Source: Lepidodermella squamata
Lineage: Eukaryota > Animalia > Gastrotricha
Length of the DNA stretch: 64,000 nucleotides
Direction of reading: 5' to 3'
Assembly (NCBI GenBank): GCA_047495785.1
Contig: JBLDXI010000038.1
Location: 744,001 to 808,000, forward strand
Shown here: piece by piece, positions 27,597-38,847 of the stretch
Layout of the letters: the number at the start of each line of letters is the position of its first letter
How positions within the stretch are numbered: the stretch's first letter is position 1
Translations under genes and position numbers: made by a program
The notes under the pieces: model-generated
What the model saw: only the letters and a program-made list of their open reading frames with translations
Told to the model about the DNA's origin: nothing
Databases searched by the model: none

Positions 27597-29016
27597 TCAT
27601 CGGTTGTTGTTGCTGAGGATTGGGACAAATGAGCCGGATGCCGTAGTACTTGAAATGCTTGTTCCATCACTACTACGGCTATTCAAAGCAGCAATAGTCG
27701 CCCTCGATTGGCTACTAGGTGTGATCACTGTCACAGGTCGAGGGTTGTTCAAAATATTTGCCGGAGGATTACTCGCCATTCTATGACCGGTATTCACCAG
27801 CATGTGAGGCGACGGCGTGTAGGGCGGGGGTGGGCCGATTGGGACGGGCATTTCATGAGCTTGAAATTCGTTAGCTACAACCTCAGCACTGCGATTGCTC
27901 GGCCGCCTTTCCGCTGGCGCACTGCTACTCCTCATTTGAGGGCCACTATTTGAATTTTCGTTGCTATTTCGAGGCGCATTATTCCGATTCCGTCGATGTC
28001 GATGATGCCGATGATGTTGCCGCCTTGGCTCTTGCGTTGCGCCGATAGGATATGCCCTCTGTTTATTTCTCCGACCAGGTTGGTGAACAATGATTGCTGG
28101 GTAGCCATTTGCTTGGAGAACATTAGCAGCTGATAGCTGGGCTTTTAGCCGTTTGTTACGCCGTACGACGACTACAACAATAATTATACAAATAATGACT
28201 ACAGCTGCACATCCCCCAACGATTCCGCCTATAGCAGCAGGGCCTACAATTGAGCGAGTAAAGACTTATAAAATTATATCGTAATAAAAACTCACTTAAT
28301 GACGAATCGCTTTTATCATCATCGTTATCCACAGGATCTTCCAAGGGCCGATCTCTCCGTTTTTTAGTGGTCGTCAAAGGAATTGATGTGGAACGAGGCC
28401 CTGCCGTAGTAGGCTTGTTGAGCAAAATTTCGTCCGGAACCTCTGCCCACCAAACTTGAGGTGCTTCCGTCGGCGCCTGTGGATTCACTGAAATTGGACC
28501 TAACCTGGGATCTCTGGTTGTGGTCAGCGGCCGAAATAACAAAATAGCCCTATCCGAGGCGGTTTCATTCTTCGTTGAATTGTCATTTGATTCTAACGTT
28601 GTTAAATTGACCTTTGAGGGCTCAATCGTGGTAAATTTGAATTGAACTGTAGTGCTCGGGGTAGATAAGGTTGAGCTCGATTCAAATTTAGGACTTGTAG
28701 GCGATGTTACTGTTGAAGTTCGGATTGGTCTAGAGGTTGGCAAAGATGCTTTTGTTGTTGTTGTAGTAGTTGAAATGAATCGAAGTGTTGCTTGATTCGG
28801 AATTTTTACTACAATACGTCTCGATCCTATGTCGAAATCAGTGTCGCTTTCACCCGGAGACTGGGCTACCTGGAGGACTAGCCTTCTTGAGTCGCTAGAC
28901 GTTGAATTATTATCTCCTTCGTTGTATTCTTCGACAACGATTGGCGCTGGGAGAACGCCCACTAGAATTGAAGCGAGCAGGCAGCAATAAAACTTCAAGG
29001 TGGACTTCTCGAGCAT
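27597..29016 (-). CDS. Mucin-like type I membrane protein with cytoplasmic PPxY motif; exons 29016-28296, 28243-27597
   Basis: Signal peptide and Ser/Thr-rich ectodomain. A 52-nt intron leads in frame to TM AAIGGIVGGCAAVVIICIIIVVVVV-RRNKR and on into ORF 27597-27935, which contains PPPPY. Confidence 0.8.
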
Positions 29017-30265
29017 AATAATAGTATTACTAACAACGTGTCACTCGTAAAATTCGCCACACATGCTTCAAGTTTGGATTGTTGATGTCGTGAAAGAACA
29101 GAGTTGAAATGTATTTGCTTCTGCGGAGTAGAACAAGCAGCCAACATACGTGTTGTTAACTCTCTGCCGCGTGTGTGAAATTTTGCTGCATGAAATTATT
29201 ATTATTATTATATTTTTCTTATAGCCTCGCTCTCCTTCTTTATACTGTATTATTTCTGTATCACGGGTGCTCGAATATATTTTTAAAAGGTGGTGTGCTT
29301 CACGTATATTTGCCATTGTTCAGTCTTGTAGGCGATCTTGGCGAGCTCTTGAGCCACATTACTCATTCACTTTAATTTGATGAAAAATCGAGTACTTCCT
29401 GATTTCCGTCTATTATGAGTCACCTTGTTATTTTTGTCTGCAGCAAAATCGAGCAGGGCCTGTTTTAATTATTCAATTTTTTGGCAGGCGTTTCCAAGCT
29501 GCTGAGCTGCTGATCAGCTGATTGGCAATTATTGGAGACAAGAGACAAGATAGCAAATTGCGTCAACCCATCAGGACTCGAGGGTGTGGCTATAAGTCTA
29601 CAACTTTCACAGGCTTCTTTTGATCCATAATACTTGGTTCACTTTTCCATTGATGCGGGGGTAATTAATACTGGGTATCACGAAGAAATTAATATTTACT
29701 CGAATATATTCTCCGATATTTGAAAAGCTAATAGCTTCCTCAATTTAGCACTTTACATCGGAAGACAAACTAGAACGTGGCGTGAAATTAGTTGCAAAAA
29801 AAGTAATTTTAAATTTGCCATCAGGAGGTGATCATAAACGTCGTCTCATTTGTTCCTGGCGCTGATAGAAAAAAATGAAACTTTTTGTCTCCAGCGCGGA
29901 TCGATTTACAAAAAAAACTGACATGATGTATGACAGTTTTTTTGCGACGATTTTTTGCTTTGCATGTACGTGGTTGATGAAACGATATTGAATTCACGGA
30001 TCACAGCTACGTTCACGGTTCCTGATCCCACTCTCTAACTAAGCTCTTCGGCTTAACTATTTTTGACCTGAGATCGATTCGTTGTATGCTTTCTGCGTGT
30101 TCAAGGAAGCCATATTAGCGATTCGCTGTGATCGCGTGACTGGATGATAGATTCGCTCGGCTGAGAGAAGAGCTTTCCAGAAACCCCGAAGCGCTCATTT
30201 GTAATTGTAGTTCACCGAAATTATTTTGTCTATCGCATTAGAATTGATCCTATTTCGGCTGACAA

Positions 30266-31230
30266 ATGAACACCGCTGTCCAAAGTAATGCGAACAACTG
30301 GTTTTTCGGCGGCTATTCAAAGGACGAAATTCTGGTCCTCCGCATGACAATCGCAAAGTTACGGGGCCGTCTCGAGGAGATCGGAGTTGCAGCTTTCACG
30401 AGTTTATACGACGAAAATCGCGAGGCGTTCAATGTTTTCACTCAGAACGAAATTCTACCGCCGTGCCGCGAATCAGTCGCCCGATCAGAAACAGCCCGCA
30501 AGCACTGTTACACCGTGTTGTGTTCAATCGAACTCTGCATCAATAAGCTCGACAATGAAGAGTCGCTAGTCAGCTACATCAGAGCTCTTGCGAGCCGCCA
30601 TTGTGGATTCGGAATCAAAGCAAATCATTTTCTGGCAAGTTTTGGCTCAAATTTCAAACTTCTTTAATCGATTCTATTTGATTTCAGAGCTTGTTTAGTT
30701 GTCTGAGAGTTGCTTTGTTCAGTGAGTTGAAACATGTCAATGAAGCGATGCGGTCATCCGGACAAAGCTGTCCTCACGCTTCCTTGAGTTCATTCAATAT
30801 GGAGCCGCTTGCAAAGGGCCTGATGGGTGTCAATGGTATCGACTTCCCATCTCAGAGCAGCTCCAACGGCTGTCCAGTCGCCGGGCCTCAGGATAGTGGC
30901 TACATGACAGATGAGGAAGATGCCTTCTCGTCTAGTCCTAAAAACGAGGCAGCTAAATTTCACCGTCATTCCACTGTCGATTTACCGACGAAAAACTCAT
31001 CTTCTTCCCCGACATCACCGGGCAAAAACCCGGGCTGTGAAGATCCGGTAGAAAAGAGAGAGGTTCAGGTCTGGAACAAGTTTTTCCTAACTCTATCACT
31101 GGCACTTATTAACAGCGTCGAAGTCGCTATGAGAAGTCGCCGGCAGATTTACGTTTCGAAGAAGCCAAAAAAGAACACGATCGGCGAATCAATTGGTACG
31201 AAAAGAAGGCGTTCAATTAGCAAGCACTGA
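30266..31230 (+). CDS. Atypical globin (neuroglobin-like fold) with a large G-H insertion; exons 30266-30634, 30688-31230
   Basis: B-helix IGVAAFTSLY, CD1 Phe (NVF), E7 His (RKHC), F8 His (LASRH), G helix, and an H-helix-like EVQVWNKFF. A 53-nt GC-AG intron is at the classic G7.0 position. Confidence 0.78.
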
Positions 31231-31759
31231 CAGAATAATTGACGATTCGTTGTGATCGATTCGTGCTCTTTACCTTGTTCAATTGAGAGTTGAAAACAGC
31301 GGATATCATACAGTTCAACTCCGTCTTAATTTCGTTCTTAATCTATAGACTTTTGATCTCAAGTGAAACTTGCTATAAAAGCTTAACAGTCTTCTCCGTA
31401 ACTTCAGTTAAAACACTATTTGTTATCATGCGGTTGTATATTTAGCAATGAAATTTATAATTATTTAATTTGAATATTTAGCTTCTATTGAATAATTTAA
31501 TTTATGGAATTGAGCCTTCTCGGAGAAATAAAAAATTGTCTGTGATTGTGCGAAATCATATTTGCTCAGCTATTTTGAAAAATACGGAAATTCGACCTTG
31601 TGGCTGTTTTTCCACACAATAGATAATCAAACAAAAACCTCGCAATTTTTCATTAAATTTAAGGAAATGAAAGTTGTTATTAAAAAAAATGGACACTTTT
31701 TCTCTGCCGACTGTCTGACTGAGCTTTCGTTCACAGCTACTGTTTTCGCTTACAGCACA

Positions 31760-34453
31760 ATGTTTCGACGGATAGGAGCGAATCTTTTTCTCGCTGTTGC
31801 ATGTTTCTGCATCGTTGAGTCACAACTGCCTGCCAACATGATGCCGGTCGCTCCAAAGCCACTAGCTGTATGGCCTCTTACATCAACGTACTGTTTGAAT
31901 GACGTCAGCGGGAAAAATCTGCACGGCCAGTGGAGTAAAGCAGGTACCACGCCGACCTATTCAACTGGCCCAGGCGGGTTGCCCAACTCCGCAATCGACA
32001 TAGGCCCGGATGATGACCAGTACCCCATCTTCAAAAATCCAGTTTATGGCTTCGCTCAGAGCCAATCGTGGACATTTGCTCTGTTTTTCAAATCAGATGG
32101 TGCACAGACCCCAATTCTTGAGTACCTGGTAACACCGGCCACCTCGTATGGCTTCCACATTTGGGCGGGATTTCCAGATCCCGACCTCTTATTCCTTAAT
32201 GCTGAGGGTGGTAACGAGGGTTCACGAGAGGCATGTCAGTTTACGACTTGGCAATTTGTCGCCCTTGTCTACGATGCGGATACTAAAAGATTCCGTGGCT
32301 TCTGCGATTCGAAAATCATCTTCGATGTCGCGGCGAAAGGGCCGGCGGCAACGAACTCGCAAACGTTCTACCTGGGCAAACGAGTCGGCTTTAAAATTCC
32401 GACCAAATTGCAAGCTTCCTGCTTGACCATTTTTCTATCTGACGCTTCTGTGACAGACTTGCTAATGCTTAAGGCAGCTTGCTTAGCCGGCTACAATACA
32501 CGAGATACGCTAGCTCATGCATGCACCTCACCCTCAAATCTACTCGGAATTATCGGCAACTGGCCGCTGTCTGCCAAGTATTCTATGAACGACGTAAGTG
32601 GGAATAACCTGCACGGTAAATTGAACCCTGGTGCGCCCGAATTGACATATACTAAAGGTCCGAGTGGACAAGAGAACAGTGCCGTTGTATTGGGGTCAAA
32701 TGATCAACAATTCATTAACTTGAATAGCCCGTTATTGAACTTGGGAACAGACGGTTCTTGGACGTGGGCGGTTTTCATCAATTCAAAGGGTGAGGTGACG
32801 CCTATAATTGAATACTTGACGACAAGTGGAGGCCCTGCGCTTCATCTCTGGGGCAATTGCAATCCCGGACCGAACATGCTTTATGTGAACCCCATGTCAG
32901 CTTCGGTAATCAATGGGCCGTGCCAGATGAAAACCTGGCAATTTGTCGCCCTAGTTTACGACGCGCCTAAAAAGACTTTCCGCGGCTTTTGCGACAATAA
33001 ATTTGTGTTCAGCCTAGAGAATCCACTTCTTGCTCCTGCGACGCAGTCTGGAACTTTGAACCTGGCGAAACGGCTCAGTCATCCGATGAAAAAAGTCGAG
33101 ATGGCTTGTTTATCTTTGCATCGAGCTGCTCTGTCGTCGGATCAGCTTGTTGAACAAAGGACGGCTTGTTTGTCAGGAAATGCGAGTTCTATCTCAACAG
33201 CCCCTGCACCGGCACCACCTTTGGTTCCGAAGTCATACGCAGTTGACGACCCGATTGCTCTACTCCAATTAATGCTTGCGAACATGTCGCCGGAAAAAAG
33301 CAACCCGCTGTTCAGGGTTGAAGATCTCGTTAAAGCGTGCGATGACTTCAGCCCGGAAATAATGTTTCCGCCAAACAACGGCAATCCCAACGCCATGTCG
33401 ACGACTTTCATCGTACAGCGCATGGAAAGCTACTCGGTCGATGAAACAATCGTGATTTCGGGCCGGATGTTTCTGCATTGGAATGTTACGACGTGCAGTT
33501 CGTTGAGTTTGTTTAGCAAACTATCGTGGCTTGACTACAGCGCACTTGGTAACCAAGGCGGGGCTGAGCGAATGTTCGGAGCTAGCCCCGAGCTAGTGTG
33601 GATACCTAGCTACTCGTTCACGTCAAGTATCGAAGATGAACCGATGAAAGGCGACGGATATGGCGAGGAAATCCTTGTTACCCTCTCGCCGACTCCCTTG
33701 ACCCTGAATCAATCGCTGTACTTCTACCATTTCAAGATCGGATTTTTTTCGTCGCGCTGCCCTCATGATCTCTCGTTATTTCCATTCGATTCAGCCAACT
33801 GCAGTTTCACCTTCACTATGCGCCATGCCCTGCAGAATGTCATGTTTTCCGATTTGATAATGCTATGTCCGTCAAAGCAAACTGACACTGAATGGCTCAT
33901 CACAGGCTGCAAAGAAATGCCGTTGGGGGCTGTTAAACAGGACGGCGCGTTGTCGAGTGTCGCAACTTTCACCATCACAGTCGCCAGAAGGCCAAATTAT
34001 TATCTGCTGAACATTGCTTTACCTAATTTTATGCTAACTCTTTTGCAAATTTCTTCGTATCTTATTCCACCTATAAGACCGGAAAGGTCAGCTTTTTCTG
34101 TTACGCTACTCTTAGCTTTGGCTGTGGGGCAAACTCAGGTAACTTCGTTCATTCCGCATACCTCGCAATCAGTGCTTCTGGCTGATTATATGCGTTACCT
34201 AACTTGGATATCTTTGATCATCACGGCTTACCACTTGCTTGTTCATAATATGACAAATTCAGTTGCGATGAGTTTCGACAAGAAGGCGCCGAACAAGTTC
34301 AACCAGACTCGAGTCAAGTTTATCTGCTTGAAAATTTCGCTGATCCGATTGGTTGATAACGTGTCTGCTGTTTTAGCTATTCTTGCTTTGATCGCCGTTC
34401 ATGTTTACGCTTACACCCTGGTGCGAGATGAGATCAACAACAACAACTATTAA
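31760..34453 (+). CDS. Cys-loop pentameric ligand-gated ion channel subunit with two N-terminal LamG/ConA-like (pentraxin-like) domains; intronless, 897 aa
   Basis: Signal peptide MFRRIGANLFLAVACFCIVES; two repeats of WPL..NDVSG.NLHG...SWT.A.F...TWQFVALVYDA...FRGFCD; then LHW, VWIP, Cys-loop CPHDLSLFPFDSANC (C-x13-C), TEW, RRPNYYLLNI, PERSAFSVTLLLA and four TM helices. Confidence 0.88.
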   Translation: MFRRIGANLFLAVACFCIVESQLPANMMPVAPKPLAVWPLTSTYCLNDVSGKNLHGQWSKAGTTPTYSTGPGGLPNSAIDIGPDDDQYPIFKNPVYGFAQSQSWTFALFFKSDGAQTPILEYLVTPATSYGFHIWAGFPDPDLLFLNAEGGNEGSREACQFTTWQFVALVYDADTKRFRGFCDSKIIFDVAAKGPAATNSQTFYLGKRVGFKIPTKLQASCLTIFLSDASVTDLLMLKAACLAGYNTRDTLAHACTSPSNLLGIIGNWPLSAKYSMNDVSGNNLHGKLNPGAPELTYTKGPSGQENSAVVLGSNDQQFINLNSPLLNLGTDGSWTWAVFINSKGEVTPIIEYLTTSGGPALHLWGNCNPGPNMLYVNPMSASVINGPCQMKTWQFVALVYDAPKKTFRGFCDNKFVFSLENPLLAPATQSGTLNLAKRLSHPMKKVEMACLSLHRAALSSDQLVEQRTACLSGNASSISTAPAPAPPLVPKSYAVDDPIALLQLMLANMSPEKSNPLFRVEDLVKACDDFSPEIMFPPNNGNPNAMSTTFIVQRMESYSVDETIVISGRMFLHWNVTTCSSLSLFSKLSWLDYSALGNQGGAERMFGASPELVWIPSYSFTSSIEDEPMKGDGYGEEILVTLSPTPLTLNQSLYFYHFKIGFFSSRCPHDLSLFPFDSANCSFTFTMRHALQNVMFSDLIMLCPSKQTDTEWLITGCKEMPLGAVKQDGALSSVATFTITVARRPNYYLLNIALPNFMLTLLQISSYLIPPIRPERSAFSVTLLLALAVGQTQVTSFIPHTSQSVLLADYMRYLTWISLIITAYHLLVHNMTNSVAMSFDKKAPNKFNQTRVKFICLKISLIRLVDNVSAVLAILALIAVHVYAYTLVRDEINNNNY

Positions 34454-34526
34454 TCTAATTTTCATCATCACTATAATTATCGTTTCTATTATGTATTTTC
34501 AATTTTCAACTAATAAAATCGGTGTT

Positions 34527-35118
34527 TTATTGATGCCAAGTTTTGCTACTTCGGAGGTATTTAGAAAAATCTGCAAGTTGAGGCGTTTCCTCGCTCGTGA
34601 AAACGATAGGGATTCTGTCGATAGGTCGTGTTTCGCATTTAACACCGATGTGATTGTGGGGAATAATTCGGCCATGGTTGTGCCTCGACCACTTGACGTT
34701 TTTAACAACTCGTCTTCGTTTATTTATCGCCGTATTAATTCGCAGGAGCTGATCAGGGTCATTGATTTTTCGCAGCTGTGCTACCATCCTGGCATGCCTA
34801 TTCAAAATCCTTAGGAATGATTAGAAATTAGTTATTAATGCGAATTAATGCGAATTATTGAAAATTTAAAGCAAATTACCCTTTCGGTTCTTCACCGACG
34901 TGGTTGTGGGATCTCATTCCAGAACAATGACGGTGAGTAAAATCTGCCGTTTTATATAGCAAGTCCATTCTCGTTCGAAAACTAGCTTCATTAGCGGCCA
35001 ATTTCGACTGATCATTACTTCGATATACTATCCCAACACCAGCATCATTTTCCCTTTCTTCTTCAACCTCTCTCAGGTGAAGCATGAATTTATAGACGAG
35101 TTTGAAACCGCTGAATAC
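34527..35118 (-). CDS. Spliced hypothetical protein, 3' exons 35118-34880 and 34809-34527; 5' end unresolved
   Basis: ORFs 34876-35085 and 34527-34805 join in frame across a GTAAT...AG AT-rich intron (34810-34879). No recognisable domain. Confidence 0.5.
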
Positions 35119-35344
35119 CTTTTAAATAGTTGCTTTTCTTTGCAATTTAATCGGCCGTTGTCAGTATTTAAGCTGGCTTTTTTAGAACAATTACCAATAT
35201 CTAAACGTTTTCAATTTCGGTTACAAATACATCACTTTCGCGGATCTTCCGCGGATATCATTTCAATCAATTCTAAATAGCTGAACCAACCTAACTCTTG
35301 CCTTCCGATTTCCAATTTCCAATTGGGATGGGAAGTATGCGCAA

Positions 35345-35895
35345 ATAAGGCTGTCGAACATAATCGTTAAGGAGCTCAGGAAACAAGGACTAGACGTTTT
35401 CCAAGAAATGATTCCCAAGGACAAGGCCGACGCGTAGATATATTAGCTATCGATCAGAAGGCCCGCAGTGGAATTATCTTTGTCCCAACAATCAGAATCG
35501 AGAAAAATCCAACAAACGGACAACACCAGTTCTATTCGGTAGACGCCGAAAAGAAAGCAATCTACGAAAGCTGCATTGAAGATATCAACAAAACAAGGAA
35601 GCTGAAAAAGATAACCGTCCTGGGGGTTATATTTCGGATCTCGCGCCTCGATTTGCAAGCCGGCAGTGGACGCATTGCGCAATTTAGGAATCGGCAAACC
35701 GACCATCCATCGAATCCTTTCGGAAATAGCCTATCGCAGCAGCAAGATGATTAATTCTTTCCTCTACGAACCCGTTAAATGAAATAATCCTAAACCTTAA
35801 AACACATATCCAAAGAAATTCTAGTTACTCCAGTGTCGTTATGGCAACTGTTATTTATAAATAACAGCGGGCTTTTGTTGTTTATAACAATAAAA
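35345..35895 (+). mobile_element. Decayed 3' end of an RLE-encoding (R2/NeSL/Utopia-type) non-LTR retrotransposon
   Basis: Across two frameshifts the + strand reads IIVKELRKQGLDVFQE / GRRVDILAIDQKARSGIIFVPTIRIE...VDAEKKAIYESCI...ITVLG / LYFGSRASI...LRNLGI, ending in TGA at 35780-35782. This matches the PD-(D/E)xK restriction-like endonuclease pattern. A short hairpin and AATAAA follow. Confidence 0.72.
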
Positions 35896-36999
35896 TATAT
35901 ATGAGTAAATACTAAATGCGTTTTAGGTTTTAGGTGGAAAATGACGAGCCCATTTCGAGCTAGGTTCTGAAACAAATTGATCTATGTGAAGCTGGACGCT
36001 GTCGTTATTTTCGGGTATCAACCTGTAAGGTAATTTTTCATGAAAGGCGTTCAGTGAACGGTTTATCAGTGCTCAGCCTTCCCATTTTTTGACTAAACTT
36101 CAATCTCTAACTATATAAAAAGAAGACTTTCACGACACGAAGTACAAACTTCGGACTGTCAACTTTCCGTTCATTTTAGTGCAAACCTTCTTTGGAGCTT
36201 CAGAATTCTAGTTAGTTTGTTAACAGAGTTTAATTATTTTAAAATTAATTTAAAGATGTTAAGAACTATTTTCAGCCTTTATCATGTAGCGGAAAATCTC
36301 AAGCTAAAAATAAACAACATGTTTCTATTTCTGGCATTTCAAAAAATGGTTCGACGTCGTGCAAATTTATTATGCAGATCAGTATAAAGGCTCTGCATCC
36401 GGTACTTGATATCGCGGTTGACTGCGTCAGGTACCTTGTCTGATATCAGTTTACATCACGTTTTACAGCCTTTGTCTTTAACTATCGAAGTGGGCGGGGT
36501 GGCCGGAATTTCCGTCGTACGTGAAATTTTTTTTAATGAAACCAAACTTTGGCAAACTGAACGTTATCCGATTTAATGATGTAATTTCTTCTGCCTGTGC
36601 AAGTTTCAAATTTCACGGCTCCGCATGTTTTCATCTTTCGTTCTCAATAATTGAAATATGAATAAACATATTATCGGAAAAATGGCTATATCTCTAAAGA
36701 CACAGTCGTGCAACATTCAGTGTCCAGTATCGACGTTAAAAGCCTTCCGTTTTATCTCCGGAAGAGGCGATTCGCGGATGAGTGGTCGATCGTGTCGTCA
36801 CTGACACGATATAAGCCCAGCAAAGTGATGCTTGTAAATATTTTCGTCACGTTTCGCACGGGATTAGGAAAAGTTCTTTTCGATCTTGCTCATAATCACC
36901 GATTTTTCGCGTAATCTCTTTGTTTTCCTTTCACGGGCATACATTTAATCTGGACTTTCATTCACGTTTATTTTAGTAAAAGATCAACATTTTAAAATC

Positions 37000-37452
37000 A
37001 TGGTGAATACAATTGTTGGGACATACTGCTGTGTTCTCCTTGCCATGTTCATCGCCGTAGGAGAAGGTTCGACCAAACATGCTGCTGCTTTGAGGTCTCA
37101 GCCATCTTACCAGCAGGGTCTAACGAAATTAATCACCGAAATCAGCAAAACAACTCAGGCGCGTAAAAATTTCATTGAGACAACTCGAGCCCCTGCAACA
37201 TCGTCAGAGGAAACGGCAATAATGGAAAAAGTCGCATCGTTGGGTCGAACGTACAAAATGATCGACTCGTGGAAGAAACTGAACCAGCTGCAACCGATAC
37301 AAATTTCTCCGGGGCGCGATAGGACGAGGATAAAACTGCTCAGTTTGATCAAAACTCCGGCTGATTTGGGTAGAAATGACACTCCAATGCAGAGCTACAT
37401 CTCGATATCAAGTCCCGGAAGATCGCGAGGAAAGGCTTTTCGCTTTGTCTAA
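37000..37452 (+). CDS. Small secreted basic protein of unknown function
   Basis: ATG-started 150-aa ORF with a clear signal peptide and a downstream AATAAA. Confidence 0.65.
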   Translation: MVNTIVGTYCCVLLAMFIAVGEGSTKHAAALRSQPSYQQGLTKLITEISKTTQARKNFIETTRAPATSSEETAIMEKVASLGRTYKMIDSWKKLNQLQPIQISPGRDRTRIKLLSLIKTPADLGRNDTPMQSYISISSPGRSRGKAFRFV

Positions 37453-37629
37453 TAACTGCTTGTTCACGTTTTTCAAAATCGATCTCGATAAACGATAATA
37501 AAATATGATATTATTTGATATGATCTCTGTTCTTAGCCTATATGATACGCGAAATGTTCAAATGAGTTAATCCGTGAGACAGCCCGACGCAAATAAACGG
37601 GCGGTTCATAAATGTTCATCATTCGAGAA

Positions 37630-37649
37630 AGAGAGAGAGAGAGAGAGAG
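37630..37649. repeat. (AG)10 microsatellite
   Basis: Read directly from the sequence. Confidence 0.9.
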
Positions 37650-38847
37650 CGTGGTGTCTCCATGCTCCCAGCAAGCAAAACAAGCAAGTTCGGGAAAAGT
37701 CTCCAATCACGTCAATTTCCAAAAATCAGTCACATTTCTAGGCGTGGTAGATGAAGAATACATCACCAAGTATTCCCACCTAAAATGCTAAAAACTAGAC
37801 GCTATTGACAATACATTTGGAAGAACTTGGAAAATGAGAGGATTCTACAATCATCATCATTATCTATCCAAGAATTTTCAACGTCCGCCAAGTTTCTGAT
37901 TTATGACGACAGCAATGACTAAATTTGAGAGGTGAAATTGACAAATTCTTAGCCGCGTGGGCTATGCTATTGTCGATTCACCCTGTCAAAGGAATGACGC
38001 GACGCTGAGGTCACTTTCCTAAAGACAAATCAGAAATCTGAAACAATAAATTATCTCGTTTCAGTATTGGAACTAGGTAGCTTTGTTTCGTCAGATTATT
38101 GCGGCGTAGGCCGCTGTGAAGCGCGTGAGCACTTCCGGACAGACTCAAATCCGAGTCTTTCAATTCAAAGTCTGATTTGCTTCAAGCGGTGAGCTGCCGG
38201 CCTTAACATACCTTATATGTTGCGGGCGCGGCTGCTGGGACCCGGCCGGCACGCGAACGCCTCCAGCCGAGCCCACTGAGCACGGGTAATAAATTTATGG
38301 CTCGTTCTCATACGTGGTTGCTTCTATCGTGCTATATCATTTGCATATGCACACTTTTCACATCAAACATGTATGTACTATCGCCTCATTTTGTGTGCAA
38401 TCTGATTCATTGGTCGCTGCTGCATACAACAGTATAAATATTAGGTATCGTAGCGCTTTTATCGATTATATAATATCTCTATCCACAAGTTTAACTCTTG
38501 TCACACTTTAGCGGTAGCTCGAAAGACGGCGAGAGAGGACTTGACATGTTTAAAAATAGTAACAAGTATCTAACGAAGAATCCGCTCACTTTAATTTATT
38601 ATTTTTCTTATTATTTGCACTATATTAGTGCTAAACTGTAAATAAAATGAGAGGATTAACCTCAGTTCCGTAGCATATAATATTACTCGAACAATCATTT
38701 ATCATGTCAAGCATATCGACCTGGAAATATCCGTCATCGATGGGAGTTACAACAGATGGTTACAACAAGAATATTTTAAACAATTGAAATAATATGAATT
38801 TTTCAAGTTACAAAGAGTACGAGTATGATGCTTCTTGCGTATATGGT

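Noticed and set aside
31562-31759. 66-aa N-terminal extension of the channel ORF in the ORF track
   Set aside because: Starts at a non-ATG codon in AT-rich DNA; the ATG at 31760 gives a proper signal peptide.
35790-36920. Short possible minus-strand exons upstream of the RLE relic
   Set aside because: They could not be joined into a stop-free model with consistent phases.
38100-38300. GC-rich block sharing gagcccact.agc with 63340-63360, considered as an HDV-like ribozyme or ncRNA
   Set aside because: The nested double pseudoknot could not be built; the short match may be chance or a transcription-factor site.
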